Assembly: GCA_002633005.1 (NCBI GenBank)
Contig: NMRA01000382.1
Coordinates: 1 to 64,000 of the forward strand
Direction: 5' to 3'
DNA length: 64,000 bases
Origin: Phoronis australis
Lineage: Eukaryota; Animalia; Phoronida
Shown: in pieces, positions 13,637 to 26,193 of the stretch
Numbering within the stretch: position 1 is the stretch's first letter
How the letters are laid out: every line of letters begins with the position of its first letter
Notes under the pieces: generated by a model
What the model was told of the DNA's origin: nothing
Database searches by the model: none
The model's input: only the letters and a program-made list of their open reading frames with translations
Position numbers and translations under genes: made by a program

Positions 13637-14739
13637 TTAATTCAAATGCCTTGAATGATATGCAGTACATGTATATACATGTACATATTGTTACGCAACT
13701 GACTGCGGAGGCGAACAGAATGTCATATCAACAGTGTTGGCAATATTATGTCGGTGAAAACTAATGTTTGGTTGAGCTCATAAGTTTTCTTACGTCGGTA
13801 GAACTGGAACAGGTACCGAAATAACTGAAATGTTATCCAGGGCTGTAGTTCGCTTGTGGTCCTCGACGCTTTCTCTTCAGTTGCAATAACGGTCAGCACC
13901 ACTTAACTGCCAGCAAGCTGAAATTGTGTTCCATTGACATAGAAATTTCTGGGAGTGGATATGAAATTAATTAAACATGACAAATCCGTCAAAATATTGT
14001 GCATTTCTCTAAAAAGTTACATTGATACTAAGTTGTGATTTTGCAACTAGTAAAGCTTACAAATATGGCTAGGCTAAAAAATGGAAAGGAACTCAAAAAG
14101 TGGAGCTGTTGTATACCTAATATGCACTTCACGGTTATGCCAAATCACTCATCGCTGAGGTAGAAGACAGAGAGTCGCATATCAAAATGCAACCTGCCAA
14201 AAATAGAATAAAAACCAGGACGTGCTACCACTTCCCCAAATTGTGCTGCTGAGTTGAGGCCTGCAGGTCAATTGATTTGATAACCGTGTAAAGGATTTTG
14301 GAGTTGTTTCATGCATTCTGAATTTGCAGTAGAGTTCAAAATTACTGCTTAAGTCGCATGATTACCAAGATACGGTGTTCTGAATTTTATGGTAAACTAA
14401 CAAAAATGATCAATGACTGCTCTGGGGGTTCCCCAATAGTTATCGAGTATCTGGATTCTAGGGTTGCCATGTCATACTCGTGCTATGCATAGAGTGGATT
14501 ACAAAATCACAATTACACAACTTTATTTGGAACTCTGTTTTGTTGAAATGGTTAAGTTTTATGCTCATCGTAAAGGTTGGCTCATGTGAAGTGCAGAATG
14601 GCATTGTTCAATTTTTGCAGTCATATCAGCTGCCATCTATAGTTATGTGTTAGATAACGTTGTAAAAACGAGGGTGAGGGTGCTAGTAGACTAGGGTGGG
14701 GAAATCCTCAACGGTTGCTTTGGGAATGTCTTGCTAGAA

Positions 14740-15120
14740 ATTGCTTAGCAAATACACCAGCACAAGGCAATAGCACCAGAATTGTTTATCCACTGGACTT
14801 GTTGGTCCGACATGATATCTCAAAGTGGCCATTACATTTAGACGTTTGTTTCGTGATTTCTGACCACTGTACTGCTTATTTTCCTTAAAATTGATCTGAA
14901 TACATGTTTTGCATTGGATTTTTGTTTGTAAATTAGTATTTATTGCTGGCATTTGAACCTCTGTTGCAGTTTGGCTGGTTTTGTTCGGGTATATTTCTGC
15001 ATGTGTTGTAAACCCACATTCCTTCCAGGAGGTAAAAATTTGATTTATACCATTTACCTGTATAAAATTGTCCCAAATTGTTCCTTATCCAGATGGGATG
15101 TGATTTCTGGAATTGCAACG
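14740..15120 (-). mobile_element. Penelope-like GIY-YIG endonuclease relic
   Basis: KIQCKTC...KQYSGQKSRNKRLN...TSPVDKQF resembles I.C..C...YIG.T.R.L..R......PV..HF. Confidence 0.4.
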
Positions 15121-15369
15121 AAATGACAGTTTGCTATTCCTTGAGGACATGCTGTGTGCAAAAATGACACACTATTTGAGGCTTATAGAGCCTGGTCTCT
15201 AGGAATTGCATATTGCCATTTCCTCGAAAATGTAAAAAATATTCTGAATGACTTGCTATAACCTTTATATGAAACATTTGATTATAACATACTATGCAAA
15301 AGTCATACGGTATATATTAATTTAAAATTTAATGATCTTAAATTGAAGTATGATATACTAAACAAAGAA

Positions 15370-15750
15370 AAGGCCGATGCCAGCTACCGGGCATCCACCA
15401 GCTTCGTATTGCTAGAGTTCAGTTCCCAGCTCCGCTATTGCTTACTCAGCCGCAGCGTTTTGTTGGGGTTCTCGATGCGCCCGACATCAACAGACATGCC
15501 GATACTGTTTACTACTTCGTCATAGAAAAGGGACGCGACTCCTGGTGCATCGTCTGTCTGGATGACTGCATTGGGCCCTTCGATAAGATGTAAGTTTATA
15601 ACTAACTAGACAAAGCCACCGCGCAGCGTGTCATGTTCCTCGTCACGCAAAATGCAATTGTCTGTGTACGATTTAGCACACTCTTTTAACGCCATCATGA
15701 CTTGTCTGGTACGTTTCAAGACGTCAGTTGCAGAGGCCATGCCAATCACC
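15370..15750 (-). mobile_element. Gypsy/Ty3 LTR retrotransposon integrase core fragment
   Basis: Minus frame reads ATDVLKRTRQVMMALKEC...EHDTLRG...GPNAVIQTDDAPG...VGRIENPNK-AAAE.AIAEL. This is a D-D-E integrase core with stops and a frameshift. Confidence 0.75.
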
Positions 15751-16797
15751 TGGGGTAGTTGTTTGTTGAGGATATAGGCAGCTTATTTAAAGAAGCTCAT
15801 ATGGGGCATGATTTAGAAGCAGTTTTCCTGTATATCAGAATAAACATTGATTAAGTAATTAGTAGGAATAGATCCATTTTAAGTTGCCTAGAATTTGTGC
15901 CTATGTACTTTTAAATCACGAGGTCAGACTCGTTGACATGTACTTTAACGTCAATATCTACAGTGTATTTTTAGATGGCGTTTACAACTTTGGGTTCTGG
16001 GGTTAAAGTACTCTAGAGATTCTAGAATATTTTGAGAACAAATTGTAACAGACAATAATATGAGTGGATATGATCATGTGGTTTTTATAAGCCGATCACT
16101 AAATAAGTAGAATGTTATATTATGGGCTGAAATCAAAAAGATAATTAGAGGAGCTATAGTAGTTGAAGAATAAAGACTTGCTACAGTGTACAGAGGAAAC
16201 TGTACGACAGAGCAATCTCGTGGAAGATTCTAGGAAGGATCTTGGCAAGGGCAAGGGTTAACGAACAGGAAGTCAACTAAGAGCTTGTCACTTGCATTGT
16301 GGGTAGTAAAACACTACCTGAAGTGTTGCGTCATCAGCCAGAGACTATGACCAGCATGAACAAACGCGGTTAGAAGAAATTGCCTGCAAGTGTTGCATCA
16401 CCATAGACGGTGACCAGCAAGTACACCGTCGCTATACATGTACAGTGTGTGTAGTTCGACGATTCACCAACAGGACAGACATCCATCAAGTAGAGAGTCC
16501 TAGCTTGGATAGCAGATAAGACATTTGATCGTGTGGGTTGTTTGATTAAAGTAATCTTTAAAGAGGGCACTAGCGTAGGTACTCTTTGTAGTTTATTACT
16601 TAATTATCAATAGGTTTCATTTGTCTAATAAGGGATTATCATATAACAAATTAATTACTGGATTTGATTATTCACTCTCCATCAACGCACCATCTCAAAG
16701 CATAGCTACCTTTTAAACAAACCCACAGTCAATCGTCTGACACTGTATATCCCAATTTGAAGTCATAAACGCGGCTTTTCAGGGGCCGAACTGTGAT

Positions 16798-18217
16798 ATG
16801 GAATCAAGCACTGAGCGAGAGACAATGATGAGCTCCGTTGCTGCGATGAACTGCTCGGGTTCTGAAGGCAATAGTGAGGCAGAGTTACACATCTTTTATG
16901 AAAAGGAACTTGTTGAAGGTCTCGTGCCGTGCCTTAAATGGGAGTCAACATGCTGTAAATCGAAGCACTCAGACGTGACTTAAACCAGGAATTGTGGCTG
17001 GCTTGGAGCAGACGAACGATTATTATTGAGGACATCGGTTGCTGCGATTTGTCGATCCGCTGAATCTTCTGTAAGGGCAATAGAGGTACAAATATGAGAC
17101 TGAGGCTCAACACATTGCGAGGCACTGTGTCTGGTAAAATCTGGCTGTAATTTGGCAGAGCCTGCAAGATGACTGAAAGTCCAGTGGCAGATCTAGGATA
17201 CCCTGAGGGGGGAGGCGTGCCATATGTTACCTCGGGGAATTGGACAAAGTGCGACAGTGTGTACACAGGCGGCCAAACGTGGTGGGACTGGGAATGTGAA
17301 CCTTCTGCTCGGAAAATCTCCCGAAGGACTAAAATAAAAAACGGCGCTCTGCCATTCTGCCTCCCTTTCTTTGCTACCAGCCCTACATGCATTTACTCTG
17401 AACTCAATATTTCGTCACGTTTCACGCTGTTGCTGGTTCAGTTTTCTTGAAGTCTGTGGAAAGGAATGGTGTAAAACTTGGGCTTTCAGAAGGTACGCCC
17501 CAACACAACTTTTCAATAGCTTGTACACAAGGCTCACAAAGCTTTCTATCTTGTGGAACAGGTAATCGGTGGGAAGACTGTACCGTGTAGAGGCTGCAGT
17601 GTTTCACGGTTGCGGCAATACTGAGTGTGTCATCTTCGCACCGGAGCCAAGTAATTTGGTGTTGACGCAACTTGGCGCTTAAAAATCCAGATAAGCACTT
17701 CTCTTTGTCGCGATTGACATTAATTGCTGCTGCACTATCTTAATTAGATACTGGATCATGCGACACGATCCACATTTTGCCAGTCGGTTGGGAGAGGTAT
17801 TCGATTCGCTGTTAGCCACAGAAGGCTTACTAACATTAACTGGTCGTGTACGTGGTCAGTACACGGAACTCTTTCATGTTACCTTAAGTCGGCGATGGAA
17901 TGATCCTGCGGATAAAATGTCTGAGGACAGTGAGGGAGGACCCAACAGTGCTTTTTGTAAGTGACGCTAAGCGTGTGCATTTGTTTGATTGCAGCGACTG
18001 GATGATGGGTTTTAATGACAGAGTTTTGATGGAGACTGGTGGTCAGGCTTCCTTCAGAGCAGATCCTGTCATGACTTGTGGGTTTTGGAAGCACATAGTG
18101 TCAAGTAAAATCGATGTATGGCATGCAAGATGCTTTGACAACGTGACGCCAGATCGTCAGTGTTGTCAGCTCCAAACTACAAAACCATCGGCAAAGTTGA
18201 TCAGAATACTTTCTTGA
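16798..18217 (+). mobile_element. Degenerate Gypsy-like gag-protease region
   Basis: Broken zinc knuckle (QCF.CGNT..HLR) at ~17597-17645. Aspartic protease motif LDTGS at 17744-17758 is followed by ATEGLLTLTG and LF..DW. Many frameshifts. Confidence 0.55.
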
Positions 18218-18719
18218 AGAAAGGCACCAAGAACGTGACATATACTGTAAGTTCTTTAAGCTCGATTTAAGAGCCAGACATGCCCATTCAAAATTAAACT
18301 GCAACTAAATTTTCGAAGATATTGAAATTTGAGACACGGAAACATTTTGCACTGTAAGATTTCTCATATCCAAAAGACTGCTTGTTTTGATTTACTGTCT
18401 GGAAATAGGCTTTTAGGTTCATGAAGAAATATATCGGGTTTTTGTAACTTTCGAATTTAGAACGGCCAATACTACAAACTCCCAGACTGGAGAATGTAAT
18501 TGTATTAGAGGCTTTAGTTTGCTGTTCACATTTCCAGTAATTGAGTAACGGCATGTACACAATTCTCTTTTCCAAATAACAGTGTTTTAGAGCTGTTAAT
18601 GATTTATTCACCTTTCCTGCAATGCTCACAAATACATATCTTAGCACAAGAATCGCAAAGGTCATGAAATCCAACAACAGATGAAAATTCCAAAAAGACT
18701 TACCAAAGGTTTCTAACAT

Positions 18720-19180
18720 AGAGTCTCGTCTACATGATGTTGATGCGCAGTCAACCAGTCCAATAATACAGACATGTCGTATCCTTTTGGCAAAACAGCA
18801 AGAGCATCACACTCTGCGATCCCTCTTCATCAATGGATCTGTTTTAGTTTGAAACACCTCACTGGCTCGCCTCTTGATAAGTTAAATTCTGGCCAAGAAC
18901 ATTTCATTCTTATTACATTACCTAAATAATCGTAGTTCGTGGCCATCTTTAGATACTTTTATGCCAGCGAGGCAGCGGCCAATCAGTGCGCAGAAGATAA
19001 TTCTCATAACAAACCCTTAGATGGCCAAACCAATTAGTAACATCTTGTGGCTTGAGACGAAGTTGCAGATGTTCTAGGAGGCCCCTACGGGAGGTTGAGG
19101 CAACTGGGAACAGGTACATACTATAGTGCCAAAGGGAGTTCGTGGAGTGCTTTTTAGGAAAATACAACATAAGATGCAAT
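18720..19180 (-). mobile_element. Possible Gypsy RNase H-to-integrase linker relic
   Basis: LQLRLKPQD resembles LRLQ.YD, and a downstream VCYWTG resembles V.WPG. Very decayed. Confidence 0.25.
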
Positions 19181-19279
19181 TTTCTTATTTTCGACTATGA
19201 ACATACTTGTAAGGACTTAACAAAATAGTATAAGGCCAGGCCGGTTTTTGGAAAATTGCAGCATGGCTCCTAAGTAGTG

Positions 19280-20400
19280 CCAATTTTTCCAAAAATGGAT
19301 TCACTAAAACTTCGATCTGACCAATACTCCATACATGTATTCTATGCGATAATCCTCATATTCTGACAATTTTACAATAGTACAGCAATTTCAAGATTGT
19401 CACCCTCACTGAACCTATCTTGCTAAGACATTACTGTTCTTCCAAGACTTTTCTTTCTGTCTTTTTCTTTTTTTTAGAGATACAATATCGAAAAGTTACC
19501 GTTCGAATATTTAACAATAACATCTCCAAAAACAATTGATCAAATATATAAAACTGAAGATTCTCAGAGTCAATTTCTTTTGTGTTGTCCAAACCGTATA
19601 CTGGGAGAGCATTCGTGCACATAACCTCATTCCTGACGAGATCAATATTTTGTTTGTCGTTTAGCAGTGAGTTATTAATATTCCAAAGCCCCTGTCCTTT
19701 TTTGAACGTAGTTAATTGTATAGTTAAGACGACGTTGTTATGGTCCGATCAGTAGCCCGACTATATTCCCACCTTTCCGATACGAGAGTGTAATTGTTGG
19801 GTAACAAGAACATAATTTAACCCAGCCTTTTTATTGGATATCTCCTGGACCATGTAAATCTTTTCGCTGAGGGATGATAAGCACGCCATTGGTCCGTCAG
19901 ATCAAGAGCAAAACTCATAACCAGCATTTGGTCACGCGCTCCAGAGTTATTTATGGAGATATAATTATTACACTCAAGGTAAAAATCTTGGACCAAATTG
20001 AAATCGCCACAAACAACAACAAAATTGTTATTGTAACTGGAGATTTTCAGTGAAATGTCATTAAAGTTTTATGAGCTATTTTTGTTTGGCCAATAAATAT
20101 TCACCAACACAATAAAAAACAGTCATTTACTTCAAGCTCTAAAATTAGGAGATTTCCTGCGGTATCCTAAGTAAAAGATAGAACTTTAAATTCAAACTTA
20201 CTATTAAACAAGATAGCAACACCCCTGGCATCACCATGGCTGAAAAATCTCCTATATCCTACTGAGCTCGAATTATGGGTTCTTTTGCAACAATAAAAGG
20301 AGTATCTTTCAAGCAGAAAGGAGTGCACACAAGCTGCCTTATATAGTGGAAAACATATGGTCTTTTTTAGTTTTTGGCCACTTTTATCAAAGCAACCCCT
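19280..20400 (-). mobile_element. L1/Tx1-clade LINE ORF2 endonuclease and linker fragment
   Basis: Minus strand gives CLKDT, ARGVAILF, LVNIYWPN, VCGDFN, DQWRAYHP..KRFTW, SDH, GQGLWNINNSLLND, ALPVY...LQF.IFDQLFLEMLL, GVLVRS, in canonical APE-endonuclease order, with several stops. Confidence 0.85.
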
Positions 20401-21117
20401 CGATAGACAAACTCTTCGTTTGTTTAAACACTACATATTTTTTGTTGATTAGGCTTTCACCTTCTGCGGTTGTTTTCACTATGAACAGTTTCTTTAATTT
20501 TTAACCCTCATTACGGTAGACGAGGGTTAGAAACAGAGAATTTCCTGTTTTAGAATGAACTCTCAATGAATCAGTTCAACTTCATGTAAGTGATTATGAA
20601 ATCAATTTGAATTATTGCAGCCAAATCAAAGCGATTGCTGCTTTCTTTTCTACTTTTGACATTTGAAAATTAGTGTTTCAAAATGTCTTCTTGTAACGTT
20701 AAATATGCACGGAATTCAAAGACAAAGAATGAATTTATTCTTTAAGCTCAATCCGATGTGGATAATTCTTGTTTAACTATATGTGTCAATAATGCTTTGC
20801 ATACAAGGTCCAGTTGGCGTCTGGTTAGAAACCTGAAATTTTATCTTAGCCCGTAACATGGTTAACTCTCGAAAATGAACTTTGATTATGACTTCCCATT
20901 ACAAAAAAGGCAAATCTGATATATCAATTCATTAACACGCAAGAGATCCTCTTCTACACATTCCCCACAACAAAGCTGTAACAGCAGCAAGGCCAACGGC
21001 TGCCGCTGATAAATAAAATGGTCTATCTCGATGCAAGCCTGTGTCAAAAAACAACATAAATAACTAAATCTAATTCAGCAAACAGTGGTAGCGGCTGACA
21101 GCAAAATCTTGTCGTAT

Positions 21118-22303
21118 GTTGCAATATATATTGATTATTGGGGACAAATAAAACAACAAGAATAATAAATATTTTAAGTTGTATTGGGAATTTCAGGGTC
21201 ACAGCTCTACAAATAAATATTTCACTTAAGGAACCAGATGGGTTCCTTAATTACAAGAGATAACACACACATTTCCGATACCCAAAGTGTAAGTGAGTAT
21301 CGGATACTAAGTGGCACAGGTTAGCATAGTACCAAATTGGTATATAATACCAAATGGGTATTGGCCGATTGCCTACCAATTGGGTCGAGCAAAGCGGCAA
21401 ATTCAATAACAAGTACCAAGTGGGTACAAACTGCCAAATGGGCAAATATCATATAAAGTACCAAGTGGGTACACCAAACAGCTAACTGGGCTATAACAAC
21501 CTGCAAAGCAGGTTCCGGACAAGCTGAGTGAGCAGACCAGGAGGAGTGATAAAAAGAGATATTGTAAGGAACCTGGTGTTGTGGCTCAGTATGTGCCGAG
21601 AGCTGTGACCGGGGTGGAGAGAAGCAAGCTGCAGTAATGGACGCTCAAGTACAGGTCTGGTCGCTAGCCAATGACGTCGATTCTTGCCTGACGGTAACAC
21701 GCTCCGGGCTTGAAGAAGGTACCAGCAGTGGCTGTAAAAACAACAATAACCAACAGCAGATTTTGTTCGGCAAAAGGGATGGAGCGTGGTAAAGGTAGAA
21801 AACGGTTGACGTGAAATTTTGTGGTACCCCGGGTAGGGAGGGCGGGAGAGGTATAAACTTGTCTAATTAGGAAAACTTACGAGTGAATGTACTGTTGCTT
21901 GAGGCTGGGCCAACAGGAAGCTGGAGAGAAAGAACAAACAGCGCAACCATCGGACTTGGTAGGAACTAACCAGCAGTTGGATATGAAGCATGAAGGGCTC
22001 TATAATGGTATTTGCCCAAATAATAGGATTTATGTCAGAGTGCCATAAATCTCATTATTGGGGACAAATAAAANNNNNNNNNNNNNNNNNNNNNNNNNNN
22101 NNNNNNNNNNNNNNNNNNNNNNNNNNNNNNNNNNNNNNNNNNNNNNNNNNNNNNNNNNNNNNNNNNNNNNNNNNNNNNNNNNNNNNNNNNNNNNNNNNNN
22201 NNNNNNNNNNNNNNNNNNNNNNNNNNNNNNNNNNNNNNNNNNNNNNNNNNNNNNNNNNNNNNGTTATTAGATAGACCCATCCCGAATTTGGTGTACCCAG
22301 TTA
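21118..22303. repeat. LTR-like / internally repetitive segment spanning an assembly gap
   Basis: TGT...ACA boundaries. ATTATTGGGGACAAATAAA occurs at ~21135 and ~22054. A (T)ACCAA(A/G)TGGG repeat cluster lies at 21330-21480. No TSD found. Confidence 0.3.
22074..22262. other. Assembly gap (N run)
   Basis: Run of N; ORFs called across it are artefacts. Confidence 0.98.
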
Positions 22304-22879
22304 CAAAGAGAGACTTCGCTGATCAACATTTACTGACAGGTGTTCCCACCTATAATCATATTTTAGGTAGAAACACATATATTTATGTGGGTGTCCCCAT
22401 TTTTGTCCTTGAAAAGCAATTTTTTACTAGATAAGAAAAGGTCAAATTAAATAAGAAGCTGTTAGTAATGCTGTTGGCTAATGCTGCCATGATACTGAAG
22501 CTTTTGTCGTGATGTGCAGGTAGAAAGAATGAGCCTGGCGATCAGTTGAACAACGATCGATATCATGTCGCTGAGAACTGATCTGGTCTGGAATACCTAC
22601 AAAACGGGAGTAAGGCGCAATGTCCTCAATAAAAACACACCTGCCACCCTCTCCCCCGCACATCACCTATGCATCCTACTTATAGAGTTTGTGGCCCCGA
22701 ATATCCACGTGACCATTTGTGATGTAAATTTCCTGTTGATCGATAATGGTGTGATTACCAAATCGCTGGTGGTTCCCAGATTTCTTACCAGCTGGTAGAG
22801 AACACAAAGGTACCATTAAATTATGATCGGGAATTTTTTTAGACAGCCGTTTATGATTGGCCGGACAAACTCTGAGCAG

Positions 22880-23245
22880 CTGGAGGTTAGCTTTACCAAA
22901 ATGTCATGACGGATGTAGGAAGTGTAACTGTGGAAAAAGATTGTTGTCTGTTGCACAGAAAAAGCGGTGCTTAAATTATGTTTTAGAAATGTGAATCGGA
23001 AAGTTGAAGTTGTGCACTTTGAGAGTGTTTTTCGTACTGTCGCTGACTTTTGCTTGCGTTTCTGTCTCGTTGTATTCACACAGTCAGTATGAATAACACA
23101 ATGATTGAATCTCCAGATGTCTGTTCATTGTGCGTGTTTCAAGGACGCATCAATTCAACATTACTACAGACACGGAATAGTTCATTTGCTTGCATGACAA
23201 GGCTAAGAATCCTTCATGGGTTGCCATTTTCTATTTTGTTGTAAA
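22880..23245 (+). pseudogene. Decayed WSC-like exon pair
   Basis: SVTVEKDCC resembles the WSC MTVE.C motif. After a CAG acceptor at ~23116 it reads MSVHCACFKD...CLHD...WVAIFY, with frameshift and stops. Confidence 0.3.
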
Positions 23246-23834
23246 GCTAGCCCATGACTGCCGTGGTTACATCAACCAGTGACAAAAAACGTGCAACGAA
23301 ATGATACCCGCGTGTTCTCTGCCCACCAAAAGAAGCGAGGTACAGTATAATATCAAGCCCAACTTCATTATTTTGAGGACGTTTTGTCGTGTATTTTACC
23401 AAGCAAAACTTTGAAGTAACGTTTTAGAGAATAAGCGATTATCTACAACGCTGATTAAACACATTATGGAATACAAGAGTACATGCATCGAATCAAAATT
23501 GTTGCTAACAAAAACCCACTGCTACGTCTTGGTTAAACGTACAGTACCCAACCTGTTAACGTGACATTCAATTTCTGAGTTGAAACACTTTAAGAACTAA
23601 CAACTTTCTGCCAATTTCGATTGATTTCGAACAGTAATTTATTGTCTTGAAGACATCGCTAATTACGTCCTAGACTTGACTGAGTTTTAATTTCTCGTTT
23701 TATCCCCTGAATGGTTGGCTGCAGGTAAATGTGACTGCTGGTGCTAATATATGTTTGTGGGATAATATACACCAATTTCGATGTGTTTTTGTCAACAAAA
23801 TTTGTTTCAATGTAGAATGCTAAATCTTGATCAG

Positions 23835-24055
23835 GAAACGTGGAGAGAGGAAAATTGTTTTATAATCCAGGTATGCATTGTCTTCCACTTCCGGCATGGT
23901 TTGACCGACCATTTTTCTTCGAGTCATACAAGCCTGGCTGTTATAACTACCAATCGAATGTGACACCACTTGTCTCCACTGAAACTTCGAACCATGCATC
24001 CTGCAGGTTATTGTGTGGAACAGTCAACGGCTCGGTGAGAACCCTTGTTTTACAG
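23835..24055 (+). CDS. WSC-domain exon (N-terminal half) of the host gene
   Basis: CAG acceptor at 23832-34. Open frame ...YKPGCYNYQSNVTPL...NHASCRLLCG...LVLQ matches the WSC Y.GCY...C...C...LQ pattern. The putative donor is a weak GC. Confidence 0.5.
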
Positions 24056-24509
24056 GCACAGTTGAAGTGATGAACGTGCAAATCATCTGATATCAAGTGC
24101 TAGGTCACATGAAACAGTTCATAATAGAGACCCAGCCAAGCTGTCTAATTTTTCCTATTTTCACTGTTTCAAGAGAGAAATATGTAGTGCATTTAAGAAA
24201 TATAGCTGAGTACCTATTTGGGACCGTTTCATGCAACCAAGCAATAGAGTGTGCAACTACAAGACGACAGACGTTTTCACGTGTATTTAACCAAAACGTT
24301 TCTGGAAGGTTATTTTTTATCTGTGGACTTAGCCGCCGTAAATACAAAAAAACCGTACCGCTGCCCCAATTCCTGTGGCAAGACGAAAGTTAGTCACAAT
24401 AACGCGTCAAGGCAAAACAATTGAGTGCACTACCTGTTTCGTTCTCATTTGTAATTTCTTTTTCTGTGTTGTCTGGTTCAAAACTGCGTTTTTGGTAGGT
24501 GCGACTCAG

Positions 24510-25960
24510 GTGGCAATCATTGCTGGCATACACTGGTACTATCAGTCCTCTGATAAACGTGATGCAAATCTAAATGAATGGACTTGGTAGAATTCGACCA
24601 TTACAACGGCAGTTCGAGAGACAACTTACTGTTCCCCTGAACAAATAAATACATCAACACAGACGAAAAGCTCAGAGAGAAGCTATTCGTTATATATGTG
24701 GTGTAGTTGTTGAAACTATCAAGCTTTACACCATGAAACGCCCCTAGCGTCACCTTATGACGGGTCTTTTCTGACTGGTTGTGCGTCATCGTAATGCATC
24801 ACAGATGACCCGCAGGTGATTCCCAAGGTCGATCAATGAGAAGTTCTGGTTTTCGACACCGACGACGTATACCTCGACGTCAGTCAATTTACGTCCCAGC
24901 TAACCCAACATCTGACTAGCCTAAAACTGAGGTCATCAGCCACCCTACTTTGCACTTGGCGAATAAGGGCCAAGTTTACATATACACTCGAATTGATTAA
25001 ATGAGTCAGTATCTACCCCTGTAAAATGTAACACCCTGCAAAAGTACGACGGTGTTTTCTGCGTTAGAATAGCATGTACATTGAAAAGTGTTATAAACGC
25101 AAGACTGTTTATCCGAATGAACGAGGGCAATGCTTTGAGTGACAAGGTCTGGATGACTGTGACCTCGGCATGATTTTCAAAATGCTGTGCCAACAGTTGT
25201 TGTAAGTTCTATTTGCTTGATCAGTGAAAACGCACCAGTATTTACAGGTAATGATGTGTTGCTGAATGGAGCCAGCTATTGTGTCGGTTGTGTTCTATGC
25301 GACGCAGTGCTGGTCATTCTTATATGTTTGTGTCAAATGCTCAGTGAAAACATGGTGTGCTACAAGTTTTTTGTGAGAAAGTGGTGACCTGTTAATATTT
25401 GTTTTCGAAGAAATAAAAAGTGAAATGCATCAGTGACGTGTCCGTGTTAGAAATGACTCGTCACGTGTGAAAAAAGACCCGTCACATGGCGACGCTAGTG
25501 GTTTTCCATATTAAACAGCCTGCGCAAGTCAACCGTCAGTCACATTGTGTGACGTGTCACATACAACATGCAATAATACAACATTTGAACTGACTCATAA
25601 GATTCCCAACATCCCCACAATGGCTTAATGAGATAAATAGGGGCTTCTATCGAAAGGCCCAATTTCCGGCGTAATAGGTTTTGTTGATGGGACGTATAGT
25701 AAAATCATCAGATCAACAGAAGAACAAACACAGTCACAAATTTACATGTGTGTTGATCTACGATGAAAAAAATTATGAAAAATTTGAGCACCTTTATCAG
25801 CTACGTTTCACAAGTAATTTGCATTGGGTTTGATGAGTCTCGACAAGACTCGCAATGCTTTCGAATTTGACAGATTCTTTCTGTAGGGAACGCTGACCTA
25901 CAATTTACAGATAATGGACTCCGATAGGAGCTTTCCGTGTAAGTTGCTAAGTCTATTTGC
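24510..25960 (+). mobile_element. Second, older Harbinger transposase relic (apparently intronless), split by a MITE
   Basis: TDEKL-REAIRYIC before the MITE. After it: KSTVSHIV.RVT...IRFPT, GFY...FP-GVIGFVDGT, QDS..FR, DSDRSFPCK. These match HARBI1-type motifs in order. Confidence 0.6.
24720..25522. mobile_element. ~800 bp TIR element (hAT-like CA.. termini)
   Basis: Left CTAGCGTCACCTTATGACGGGTCTTTT versus the right-end reverse complement CTAGCGTCGCCATGTGACGGGTCTTTT. No TSD recovered. Confidence 0.55.
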
Positions 25961-26024
25961 CAAGTGCCTTTTTTATTCACACCTTGCAAAGTTCACATGT
26001 ATATTAAAATGCTTCATGTTTCAG

Positions 26025-26193
26025 CACGTAGCAGGTTTCACAGATGGAAACCACTGCTCTTGTTATTTACACGAAGGACTCCTTTTTGAAAGAAATCTGT
26101 CTAAGTCTTGCTGTAACGTCAGCTTTTTAGAACGTAAAGACCGAAGTTGCGGTGGACAGAAGACGATATACTTAACGGACCCAATATATCCTG
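26025..26193 (+). CDS. WSC-domain exon (C-terminal half) of the host gene
   Basis: TTTCAG acceptor and G|GTACG donor. HVAGFTDGNHCSC...SCCNVS...RSCGGQKTIY matches the WSC AG...G..C.C...C...CGG pattern. Confidence 0.6.

Noticed and set aside
16046-16200. TGTAACA...AATAAA...TACA as the 5' LTR and PBS of the Gypsy relic
   Set aside because: Only ~140 bp, no second LTR, and the PBS is not a convincing TGG tRNA complement.
16934-17392. 152-aa minus-strand ORF, the longest in the track
   Set aside because: Antisense shadow of the decayed gag region, and it includes a MITE fragment.
25187-25387. Cys-rich ORF as another WSC exon
   Set aside because: Lies inside the 24720-25522 TIR element, and the cysteine spacing fits WSC only with an assumed frameshift.
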